A stretch of 12,372 nt of DNA from Armatimonadota bacterium (GCA_038207085.1 JBBRAE010000054.1:1-12372); one strand, 5' to 3'. Counted from the stretch's first letter, positions 1 through 7,295 are shown. Numbers and translations are program-made. Notes: generated by a model from the letters alone, not told the origin.

Positions 1-264
1 CCAATCACGCACTGTTTCATGGGTCAAGGTCATGCTGCGAAACAAACATAGTTCGGCCACGTCGCGCAGACTTAATGCGTAACGTAAACGCCAGAACACG
101 ACCAGCATAACCAGGTCGGTGGGATACTCAAGAAAGTTGAATGCCGTCCCTGTGCGTTCGTTGTATTTACGACGACAGTCGCGGCAGTAAAACCGCTGGT
201 ATTTCAACTCAGTCGTAGTTGAGAGCAATTTTGTGTTCGTAGATTGGCAGTGTGGACAGAGCAT
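1..264 (-). CDS. IS6-family transposase, N-terminal 88 aa (truncated by window edge)
   Basis: Manual translation: MLCPHCQSTNTKLLSTTTELKYQRFYCRDCRRKYNERTGTAFNFLEYPTDLVMLVVFWRLRYALSLRDVAELCLFRSMTLTHETVRDW. It has a CxxC...CxxC zinc finger, then NERTGT, RYxLSLRD and THETVRDW, as in zinc-finger-bearing IS6 transposases. Not in the ORF track because no stop codon lies in the window. Confidence 0.9.
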   Translation of the reverse strand, partial: MLCPHCQSTNTKLLSTTTELKYQRFYCRDCRRKYNERTGTAFNFLEYPTDLVMLVVFWRLRYALSLRDVAELCLFRSMTLTHETVRDW

Positions 265-298
265 TGTGTAGTGAATCCTATCGCGAAATGATAGTGAT

Positions 299-327
299 AG
301 AATACGTGAAATTGACCAAGATTGCAA
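299..327 (-). promoter_or_regulatory. Putative sigma70 promoter of the transposase
   Basis: Minus strand TTGCAA-N17-TATTCT between the terminal repeat and the ATG at 264. Confidence 0.45.
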
Positions 328-347
328 TTCAAAATGGGACGGACATC

Positions 348-362
348 AGTTCTGACAAAACC
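348..362 (-). repeat. Left terminal inverted repeat (IRL) of the IS6 element
   Basis: Minus strand reads GGTTTTGTCAGAACT, resembling IS6 ends (GG start, TGT core; compare IS26 GGCACTGTTGCAAA). It ends about 100 bp upstream of the transposase start. The partner repeat is outside the window. Confidence 0.7.
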
Positions 363-542
363 TAAATGACTGATTAACCGCATAGTTATAAGACAGCAAC
401 TCGGGCGAAAACTGGAATCATGCGGGAGAACTTTTTGTTAAATGTTGTTCACTGGTGGTGAGGGTTGTTGAAACACGAAGAACACGAAATGGATTTGGTG
501 GAGGTTTGGGAGTTGGGTGGCGGTTAAACGGGCTCCCAGACC

Positions 543-875
543 TTACGCCAGAAGCCGTGCGATTCCTGCAAATAGCCCGATTTGCACAGCCGTTACGATG
601 AGTCCCACCAAGAGCTTTGATGCGAAGATCGATGTTCCACCGGCTGGGGTTGATTCAAGCCCTTCGGTGAAGCCCGTCACCTTGTCGGCGAGCGAGCGCA
701 GGCCGAGAATCGCCCAGCCTGAGATGACCGACGCGACTAGAAGCTCGCCCCCGAAATTGCCTCGGAAGGCGACTGCGGACAGGGCGATTGGGATGGCTAG
801 AATCAGGCCCAGGGCGACGAGTGAACGGGTGAGGCGGCGCAGTTCCCAGTGGAAGACGATGAAGGTTCGGATCAT
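543..875 (-). CDS. Short (110 aa, about 3 TM) ABC-2-type permease-like membrane protein
   Basis: Overlaps the ABC ATPase stop by 4 bp (ATGA coupling). WELRRLTR precedes TM1 and LESTP...IFASKLL precedes TM3, matching the N-terminal half of ABC-2 permeases. Confidence 0.7.
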   Translation of the reverse strand: MIRTFIVFHWELRRLTRSLVALGLILAIPIALSAVAFRGNFGGELLVASVISGWAILGLRSLADKVTGFTEGLESTPAGGTSIFASKLLVGLIVTAVQIGLFAGIARLLA

Positions 876-1774
876 CGGTCGCCCTCGATTATGTCTAGCG
901 CGTCGTCGAGCGTGACGCTTCGCACGTAGACCGCACCCACGTCAGAGCCGAACTCGGAGATGACTCGGGCGACGTTGGAGTCGGCACTTCGGGTGGCGAA
1001 CTCGAGGTTTCCCTTGCGCTCGGAGACCGAGACGCCGAACCTTCCCTGAAGATTTGATTTGAGTAGCGGGTTTTGGAGCGATTCCACGACGACGTACTCG
1101 CTCTGTGCGGAGGATTTGAGCTCGTCTGCGGTCCCGACAAAGGCGATTTTGCCCGAAGCGAGCACCGCGAGCCTGTCGCATAGCTCGGCGTCCTCACACT
1201 TTGACGTGCCAACAATAAACGTTGCCCCGCGGCGGCTTGAGACTTTGATATACTCCCAGAGCCTGCGGCGGGTGGGGTGGTCGAGGCGATCTACGAGCCC
1301 GTCGATCAGGGTGATGTCGGCGCGTGCTACAAGGGCGCGGGCGATCTCGGTCGCGGCGCGCTGGCCCTCTGAAAGCTGGCCCGCTCTGCGGTTTTTTACG
1401 TCGACCAGGTCCATAAGCTCAGTGAACATCGCGATTCTGCCCGTGCGTCCCTTTCTCGCCGTAGCCCAAAGCGACGCGGTGAGCCGCAGGTTTTCGCTTA
1501 CTGTAAGCTCTGGGGCAAGGCCCGGTTTCTGCAGGGCGATCGCGACGTGGGCGTCCAGCCAGGAGTTGTCGCCGACTGTGGAGGACTGCATAAACAGGCA
1601 TCCCGCGCTCGGCTGATCGAGCCCGGCGATAAGGCGCAGAAGGGCGGTCTTCCCCGAGCCCGCGCGTCCGAAAACCCCGAGGATTTCCCCGCGCGCGATC
1701 TCCAGGGTGACATCCCTGAGCGCCCACGTCAGACCAAGACGCCTGCCTGCCATGTCTATGACGATGCTGTCCAT
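872..1774 (-). CDS. ABC transporter ATP-binding protein (DrrA/NatA-like) with degenerate catalytic motifs
   Basis: Walker A GRAGSGKT, Q-loop ALQKP, LTVSENL, signature LSEGQR, CDRLAVL..GKI and C-terminal TLDDA are present. Walker B reads ITLIDG and the H-loop reads VGTS. RBS AGGAG at 1785..1781. Confidence 0.9.
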   Translation of the reverse strand: MDSIVIDMAGRRLGLTWALRDVTLEIARGEILGVFGRAGSGKTALLRLIAGLDQPSAGCLFMQSSTVGDNSWLDAHVAIALQKPGLAPELTVSENLRLTASLWATARKGRTGRIAMFTELMDLVDVKNRRAGQLSEGQRAATEIARALVARADITLIDGLVDRLDHPTRRRLWEYIKVSSRRGATFIVGTSKCEDAELCDRLAVLASGKIAFVGTADELKSSAQSEYVVVESLQNPLLKSNLQGRFGVSVSERKGNLEFATRSADSNVARVISEFGSDVGAVYVRSVTLDDALDIIEGDR

Positions 1775-1792
1775 TCACTGCTCCTGATTTCG

Positions 1793-1821
1793 AGTATAGG
1801 GCAGGGGGATTCCAATGTCAA
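1793..1821 (-). promoter_or_regulatory. Sigma70-type promoter for the ABC operon
   Basis: Minus strand TTGACA-N17-TATACT, near consensus, immediately upstream of the RBS. Confidence 0.7.
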
Positions 1822-1837
1822 TGAAACATTGTATAAT
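1810..1837 (+). promoter_or_regulatory. Putative promoter for rbsK
   Basis: Perfect TATAAT at 1832-1837 with a weak -35 TTCCAA at 1810-1815 (16-nt spacing). RBS GGAGG at 1855-1859. Confidence 0.45.
1813..1831. promoter_or_regulatory. Palindromic operator-like site CAATGT-N7-ACATTG
   Basis: Perfect 6-bp inverted repeat overlapping both divergent promoters. Confidence 0.35.
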
Positions 1838-1866
1838 AATGAGCAAGAGAGCACGGAGGTAGAGGT

Positions 1867-2784
1867 TTGGGAACAAAGAAAATTGTAGTCGTCGGCAGCT
1901 CGAACATCGATATGGTCGTCAAAACCGACAAGATGCCCCACGGTGGGGAAACCGTGATCGGGGGCGAGTTTGCCATGGTCCCTGGCGGCAAAGGCGCAAA
2001 CCAGGCGGTGTGCGCGGCAAGGCTCGGTGCGGATGTCTTTCTGGTCGCAAGAGTCGGTTCAGATGTGTTCGGACAAAGCTCGCTTGATAACTTCAGGCTT
2101 GTCGGGGTGAACACGGATTTCGTCGTGCGCGACCCTTACGCGCCAAGTGGGGTCGCTTTGATCGTAGTCGACAAGAACGCCGAGAATGCCATCGTCGTCG
2201 CCCCCGGGGCAAACGGCAATCTCGCGCCCGCCGATGTCGACCGCGCATGGGAGACGATCTCCAAAGCCGACGCCGTGCTCCTGCAGTTCGAAGTGCCGCT
2301 TGAGACCGTCTACTATACCGTTGATATGTGCAGGAGCATGGGGGTGAAGACGATTCTTAACCCCGCGCCGATGATCGCCGTGCCCCGCGAGTTTCTTGCC
2401 AAGGTCGACGTGATAGTGCTCAATCAGCACGAGGCCGCGCAGCTTCTTGGACGGGACTCCGGCGACGACCTCGATGCCCGAAGTGCGGCAGGCCAGCTTC
2501 TTGCGATCGGCGTCGGCTGCGTGGTGATCACGCTTGGGGCGGAGGGTGCGTTTGTCGCAACAGACGGCGTCGCCGAGCACATCGAGCCTGTGCGGGTCCA
2601 GGCGGTCGACACCACTGCCGCGGGAGACGCCTTCACCACCGCCTTCGCCTGCGGGCTTGTCGAGGGGAAGGGCCCAGTCGAGGCGGCGAGGTTTGCGGCC
2701 AAAGTCGGGGCGATTGTCGTCACACGGATGGGCGCGCAGCCCTCGATGCCTTCGCGCGAAGAGGTAGAGCGGTTCGGTCTGTGA
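1867..2784 (+). CDS. rbsK: Ribokinase (PfkB family)
   Basis: VVVGSSNIDMV, PGGKGANQAV, ILNPAP, NQHE and DTTAAGDAF (catalytic Asp intact). TTG start after a GGAGG RBS. Confidence 0.93.
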   Translation: MGTKKIVVVGSSNIDMVVKTDKMPHGGETVIGGEFAMVPGGKGANQAVCAARLGADVFLVARVGSDVFGQSSLDNFRLVGVNTDFVVRDPYAPSGVALIVVDKNAENAIVVAPGANGNLAPADVDRAWETISKADAVLLQFEVPLETVYYTVDMCRSMGVKTILNPAPMIAVPREFLAKVDVIVLNQHEAAQLLGRDSGDDLDARSAAGQLLAIGVGCVVITLGAEGAFVATDGVAEHIEPVRVQAVDTTAAGDAFTTAFACGLVEGKGPVEAARFAAKVGAIVVTRMGAQPSMPSREEVERFGL

Positions 2785-2815
2785 AGCGCGTCTAGATGCG
2801 TCTGCATTGACGTTT

Positions 2816-2843
2816 TTGACCAGCTGATATGGAACAATATTAT
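2816..2843 (+). promoter_or_regulatory. Putative sigma70 promoter for the PHP gene
   Basis: TTGACC-N16-TATTAT in the AT-rich intergenic region. GGAG RBS before the TTG at 2886. Confidence 0.4.
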
Positions 2844-2885
2844 AGAAACACGGTCCTAGTCTTACTGGCAGTATTGGAGAGTTAA

Positions 2886-4088
2886 TTGCGGGTAATTTTT
2901 GGCGTCCTGGTGGCGTTATTGCTGGCGTTTGCCGGTGTGTCCTGCTCTGCGGAGCCGTTTGGTTATTGGCGCAGCGAGAATGCCAGGGAAGACCGAAGTG
3001 AGTTGTTCTCCAACATATCGGTGCTCCACGATCTGAGACTCGGGTCGGACCAGTCTCTGTCCACCATAGACTGTCTTTACGAACTGCACAGACTGTTCGA
3101 TTCTAATTCCGCGAGCGGCAAGCGAATCCCAAGTCGGATGTTGAGAAAAGCCTTGTTTGTGCTGCCGCTAATAAAGAAAGACAATGCAGTCGAGCTTGCT
3201 ATACGGCCTGAGAGAGACATTGTCTTGACCGCCGCCAGGCGTGTGGTCATTCGCAACAACCAAAAAGGTTCCCGTGTCATTTCGCCCGATGGCGCTATAG
3301 CTATCGATACCCACACTCACACCAGCGTGTCGAGCGATAGCCTCGCATCTCCCGCCGAGATGCTTTTGGCCGCAGCCGACCGTGGACTTGCGGGGATCGC
3401 GATAACCGATCATGATTCTCTGGAAGGAGCGCTGCGCGCGCTCGATGCGGCAGTGGAGCTGAAACGACAGGGCAAGCTGCCCGCCGAATTTTTTGTCATC
3501 CCGGGTGAGGAAATCAGCTCCTCGGACGGTCATATCGTCGGCTTGTATCTCACGAGCACGATATCTCCTGGCAGAAGTGCAGAGTGGACGATACGGGCTA
3601 TTCACGAGCAGGGCGGGCTCGCCGTCGCCGCTCACCCAATGCTGCCGCGAAGCCTGCACGAACTCGCGAATACCCTTCCGTTTGACGCCGTTGAGACCGA
3701 GAGCGCCTCGGAGAAACTGCATTACGCGATCACCTTCGGTGAAGACCGAAGCACTCGCTCCGATTTCTATCGCACAGTTACCAAACCTCGTCTTGGTGCT
3801 AGTGACACCCACGATCCCCAGTCGATGGCGGAGTGTTACACTCTCGTGAGGTGCGCCCCCAACGCCGAGGCAGTGCGAGAGGCTATAGTCGCCGGTCGCA
3901 TCGAGCCAGTAGCGGCAGCCACCGATGCCGACGAAATGTCGATCGCCAGGCGTCCGTTTCTTCGCATCCTCGCCACCTATAGATGCCTGACCGACCTCAG
4001 TCCGGTAGTTCTAAAACTGACAGGGTCGAAAAGCGTCGGCCTGTCCGTCGTACCTCGCCCGGTTATACGCTTCTACAAAGAGTTCTGA
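2886..4088 (+). CDS. Secreted PHP-domain metallohydrolase (phosphoesterase-like)
   Basis: N-terminal signal peptide MRVIFGVLVALLLAFAGVSCSA. PHP motifs DTHTHT..SSDS, IAITDHD, PGEEI...GHI, AAHP and GASDTH. Confidence 0.88.
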   Translation: MRVIFGVLVALLLAFAGVSCSAEPFGYWRSENAREDRSELFSNISVLHDLRLGSDQSLSTIDCLYELHRLFDSNSASGKRIPSRMLRKALFVLPLIKKDNAVELAIRPERDIVLTAARRVVIRNNQKGSRVISPDGAIAIDTHTHTSVSSDSLASPAEMLLAAADRGLAGIAITDHDSLEGALRALDAAVELKRQGKLPAEFFVIPGEEISSSDGHIVGLYLTSTISPGRSAEWTIRAIHEQGGLAVAAHPMLPRSLHELANTLPFDAVETESASEKLHYAITFGEDRSTRSDFYRTVTKPRLGASDTHDPQSMAECYTLVRCAPNAEAVREAIVAGRIEPVAAATDADEMSIARRPFLRILATYRCLTDLSPVVLKLTGSKSVGLSVVPRPVIRFYKEF

Positions 4089-4216
4089 TCTTCTCCGTTC
4101 TATCAATATCTGCGCAAAGTAATAAGTCACGGAATTTCTGTGAGCAGGAACCTTTCAAGAGTCCCCGCTCTATGTTAACCCTCTCAAGTATTGGCAGCTT
4201 CCAGTTGGCTGTTAAC

Positions 4217-4246
4217 CCATCCCCGGAGAGTGTTCTCCGGGGATGG
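4217..4246 (-). terminator. 13-bp perfect hairpin just after the PRC-barrel gene stop; probable terminator or stabiliser
   Basis: CCATCCCCGGAGA-gtgt-TCTCCGGGGATGG, 5 nt after the TAA at 4252, between convergent genes. The U-tract is weak. Confidence 0.6.
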
Positions 4247-4251
4247 TTGGC

Positions 4252-5616
4252 TTATGCGGTTTTATGGTGTCGTTCGTGTTGCTGCCGTGTCTCGACGATC
4301 AGATGCACCTCGGCCTCGCTCTCGTCGTGCGGGCCTTCTGCCGGATGCCCTTCGGGTACTAGTTTGACCTGTTCTAGCTTGCCCGCCCGGTCGAGGTCGT
4401 CGAGGACCAGCGGGGTGATGATCTCACCTTCGCGCAGGATCACTTCGCCCGCATCGTTTGAGACATCCGTCGCCGATACCTTGCCTTTTAAGAACGTTTT
4501 TTGCTCGGCGACCGTTTTGCGTCGGTTCGCTCGTTCGTTCGCTTCGCGGCTGGAATCGCTGATCCCACTCCACGTATCGGTCGCCCATGAGCGCATCTCC
4601 CCCCAGACAGACTCCGCGCGCCCCTTGGCGTGCTCGCCGAGCACAATGCTTGCAAGCCGACCCATCACCCCGGATTGCCGGGCGTGCATAAGCACTTCGT
4701 CGGTGACGACTGTGCCCGCCGGAATGACTACCGCGCCCTGTTCGTTGACTACATCTTTTGGGACTACCCGGCCCATAAGCTGAGCGCCGGTTGCGGCATA
4801 GGCGCTGTCTGTCGCGCTTCCATATCCCGCCTCTACGCTTCCGATACCCGCTGCAAGTGCAAGGTCGTGAAGCTTGTCCTCAACCCTTGCGTGCTCGATC
4901 CCATCGTCGGTGATAACTTCACCTTTGGAGACGATTACCAGACCGTGGCTGTCGGCGACGTCACGACCCGCCACACGGCCTCGGGCCATATTGGCCTCTT
5001 GCTCGCGGGTGTAATCTCCGGCCATCGCGCCGTACTGGGAGGTCTTCGTTTTTGCCCCCTCGTAGGCTCCGGCGATCCCTCCGGGCGCCTGCTCCTGGGT
5101 GCGGCGTTCGGCCTCGTTTGAGATAATGACCGCATCGTGCCCGACGACTATCGCGCCGTCGGCGTCCACATACCTGCGCCCGCCGCCGATGTCTCTGGTG
5201 ACCCCCATTGTGAGTTCATAGCTCACGGCCTCGCCGGTTACGGCGTCTACGATCACATCGGATATGCTCCCAAGCCGGTTTCCGCTTTCGCTGATGACAT
5301 ATTTGTCCGTGATGCTGCCGTGCTGCCTGCGGAATCGGGAGTAGCCGTTTGCGTTGCGCTCGGGGATCAAAACGTCGCGAGTCGGCACCATCACCGCGTC
5401 CCGTCCGATGCTCTTTACCGACTCAAACGGCAAAATCCGCCGGTCAGGGGAGATTATCCCGGGTTCCTCGATTGTGAACCCCACCAGCCTGCTCTGAGTG
5501 CTGTCGTAGAGCACGTCTTTCACGCTGCCGATCCGTTTGCCGTAGTCAAGTGTATAAATGGGCATCCCCACCAGGCTGCTGGTGTGGACCCCTGAAGTCA
5601 GGTCTTCCTTTTTCAT
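4252..5616 (-). CDS. Tandem PRC-barrel domain protein with three C-terminal ~40-aa repeats
   Basis: Two PRC barrels (LVGMPIYTLDYGKRIGSVKDVLYD...IGRDAVMV and DKYVISESGNRLGSISDVIVD...VGHDAVII). ATG at 5616 with an AGGGTGA RBS is preferred over the track's TTG at 5640. Confidence 0.85.
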   Translation of the reverse strand: MKKEDLTSGVHTSSLVGMPIYTLDYGKRIGSVKDVLYDSTQSRLVGFTIEEPGIISPDRRILPFESVKSIGRDAVMVPTRDVLIPERNANGYSRFRRQHGSITDKYVISESGNRLGSISDVIVDAVTGEAVSYELTMGVTRDIGGGRRYVDADGAIVVGHDAVIISNEAERRTQEQAPGGIAGAYEGAKTKTSQYGAMAGDYTREQEANMARGRVAGRDVADSHGLVIVSKGEVITDDGIEHARVEDKLHDLALAAGIGSVEAGYGSATDSAYAATGAQLMGRVVPKDVVNEQGAVVIPAGTVVTDEVLMHARQSGVMGRLASIVLGEHAKGRAESVWGEMRSWATDTWSGISDSSREANERANRRKTVAEQKTFLKGKVSATDVSNDAGEVILREGEIITPLVLDDLDRAGKLEQVKLVPEGHPAEGPHDESEAEVHLIVETRQQHERHHKTA

Positions 5617-5646
5617 GCCGATCACCCTATCCACGAACAAATTGGG

Positions 5647-5940
5647 CTATGATGTGACAATCCGTCCGCGCCTGGAGCCGACAAACAGCAGTTCGGAGAT
5701 GATCGAGAGCACGATTGCTCCTATGACGCCCCAGAGGTAGAACGACGTCGTTCGGTCCATGCCTCTAAACAGGTTGAGCCCCTGGGACAGGGCAAATGAG
5801 CCGACGATTGAGCCGAGAACACCCGCCACCATCGTCGCCAGCACCCCCGAACCCTGCGCGTATCTTATAAGCGCGTGAACCACAAAACCCATGACAAGTC
5901 CGATCGCAATTACGATAATCCAGGTAGACCAGTATTCCAT
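5647..5940 (-). CDS. GlsB/YeaQ/YmgE family (transglycosylase-associated) stress-response membrane protein
   Basis: 97 aa with three Gly-rich TM helices (WIIVIAIGLVMGFV; TMVAGVLGSIVG; GVIGAIVLSI). AAGGGG RBS. Confidence 0.8.
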   Translation of the reverse strand: MEYWSTWIIVIAIGLVMGFVVHALIRYAQGSGVLATMVAGVLGSIVGSFALSQGLNLFRGMDRTTSFYLWGVIGAIVLSIISELLFVGSRRGRIVTS

Positions 5941-5992
5941 ATCAAATGCGCCCCTTTTGTTATCAACGTTAACACTTCATTCATTTAACTTG

Positions 5993-6018
5993 TTACCCGA
6001 GATGCCTTGGTAGGAAAC
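5993..6018 (-). promoter_or_regulatory. SigB/SigF-type general-stress promoter
   Basis: Minus strand GTTT-N16-GGGTAA, about 50 nt upstream of the GlsB-family gene. Confidence 0.6.
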
Positions 6019-6040
6019 GGGGTGGGGCATATACTTGGGG

Positions 6041-7120
6041 CTACCAGCCCGGACGCCAGGGGTTCCAGAGGCTTTCGGAGCCTCTCCAAAGAGGCGATCT
6101 GCCGGGGCCGATCGTTATCAATTTGCCGGATGCGTCAAGCACAAAGAGCTTGGTCTCGCCTTGTTTTCCCGATGGCACGGTGTAGGCGATCAGTGCGCCG
6201 TCCGGCGAATAGCTCGCCTCCTCTGGAAGCGTGCCCTTCTTGGCTTTGACGGCTATCGCGGCCTGCCAGCGGTCGGGGGAGTCTGGGAGCATGTCGCCTT
6301 GGACGATCGTCTTCAGGTTCTCCGAGTAGCAGCCGAGTTCTCTGGTGCGCGAGCTTCCCATCACGAAGTAGACTCCCTTTTCGGGCACCCACCTAAGGTC
6401 ATAAGCCGCGCTGCTCACTTTCTCCCGCCACGCAAGTGAGAGCTCTGTCGGGCCTGCTGAGAGTGCTGCGGTGTAGAGGTTGCCGGAGTCGATCCACGCG
6501 AGCTTGTCGCTCGACCCCGCCCAGACCACCGGGCACTGCCCTTCGCTTATCTCGACCGATTTGCCCGTTACAAGGTCGGTCACGTTGGTGGCAGAGGGTT
6601 TGAGGGGATACTTCTGTTCAGAGACCAAGAACCGCTCATCGGGGGAGATGCTGGCAGGCATCTTGGAGCTATCGACGATCTTCTTCCCCGTCGAAAATTC
6701 GTACACGCTGACTTTTCTATCCGTGACGCCGGTCGCGAGGAGAAAATAGGCGCCCTTCGGCGACCAGAGCACGCAGGGCATCCCCGCGGCGGGTTCGGTG
6801 GTCCCAAGCACCCTGCGCGAACTCTTCTTGCCCGGCTCCTCGACGAAGAGTTTCCATGAAACAAGCGCGGTGTCGCTTTCCTTGTCGATTGCGCGCGAGA
6901 CTACCCCGAGTCCGACCACTTTCTTTTCATCAGGCGAGATGCTGAAGCGGTCGCACCCGCCGGTCGTCGTCAGTTTCGCGCTTTTCCCCAGGGGTTTCCC
7001 CGACGCGTCGATGCTGACCCGGACGACGTTTCGCCCGCCGTCGGAGTAGTAGAGCGTATTTTGCGCCTGCAATGAGCTGCAGAGGACAATCATTGCGAAG
7101 ATCAGAATCGACTTTGCCAT
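6041..7120 (-). CDS. Secreted TolB-like/PD40 beta-propeller protein
   Basis: ATG at 7120 with an AGGAG RBS gives the signal peptide MAKSILIFAMIVLCSSLQA. Repeated blade motifs: FSISPDEKKV, LWSPKGAYF, SISPDERFL, SYSPDGALIAY. Confidence 0.8.
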   Translation of the reverse strand: MAKSILIFAMIVLCSSLQAQNTLYYSDGGRNVVRVSIDASGKPLGKSAKLTTTGGCDRFSISPDEKKVVGLGVVSRAIDKESDTALVSWKLFVEEPGKKSSRRVLGTTEPAAGMPCVLWSPKGAYFLLATGVTDRKVSVYEFSTGKKIVDSSKMPASISPDERFLVSEQKYPLKPSATNVTDLVTGKSVEISEGQCPVVWAGSSDKLAWIDSGNLYTAALSAGPTELSLAWREKVSSAAYDLRWVPEKGVYFVMGSSRTRELGCYSENLKTIVQGDMLPDSPDRWQAAIAVKAKKGTLPEEASYSPDGALIAYTVPSGKQGETKLFVLDASGKLITIGPGRSPLWRGSESLWNPWRPGW

Positions 7121-7137
7121 TGTGCTCTCCTGAGACT

Positions 7138-7260
7138 TGATCGTGCCGTGTCTCCAGACGCGGCATGCATATTTGAGGGGTCTCCAGACCCCGATTCTCA
7201 TGGTGCTGGGTCAGAGACCCTGGGAATATGCGCACCGGGTCTGGAGACCCAGCGCGATCA
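7138..7260. repeat. REP/REPIN-like nested inverted repeat containing four GGGTC-N3/4-GACCC-type palindromes
   Basis: Units at 7143-7166, 7177-7192, 7208-7220 and 7237-7250. Segment 7138-7191 is an imperfect reverse complement of 7208-7260, and 7178-7191 is the exact reverse complement of 7237-7250. Confidence 0.75.
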
Positions 7261-7295
7261 GATCAGTCCGTATGCGTCCAAGTGAATCTGACCAG

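Larger units (their letters stand above)
1..362 (-). mobile_element. IS6-family insertion sequence, left part (continues beyond window start)
   Basis: Minus-strand transposase ORF (264..1) is preceded by an IS6-like terminal sequence GGTTTTGTCAGAACT at 362..348. The region is AT-richer than the rest of the window. Confidence 0.85.

Noticed and set aside
517..2837. Other short overlapping ORFs across the ABC and rbsK genes
   Set aside because: Alternative-frame or antisense ORFs fully explained by the motif-bearing genes.
2886..4088. PHP protein as part of an anti-phage system (Ppl-like) or a DNA polymerase PHP domain
   Set aside because: It has a signal peptide, no fused NTPase or polymerase domain, and a housekeeping-type neighbourhood.
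3983..5595. Long plus-strand ORFs (3983-4783, 4630-5121, 5137-5595)
   Set aside because: Antisense shadows of the PRC-barrel gene, with no motifs and typical GC-rich off-frame composition.
7121..7201. 27-aa N-terminal extension of the beta-propeller ORF given by the track
   Set aside because: It runs through the REP array. ATG 7120 has an AGGAG RBS and begins a clean signal peptide.
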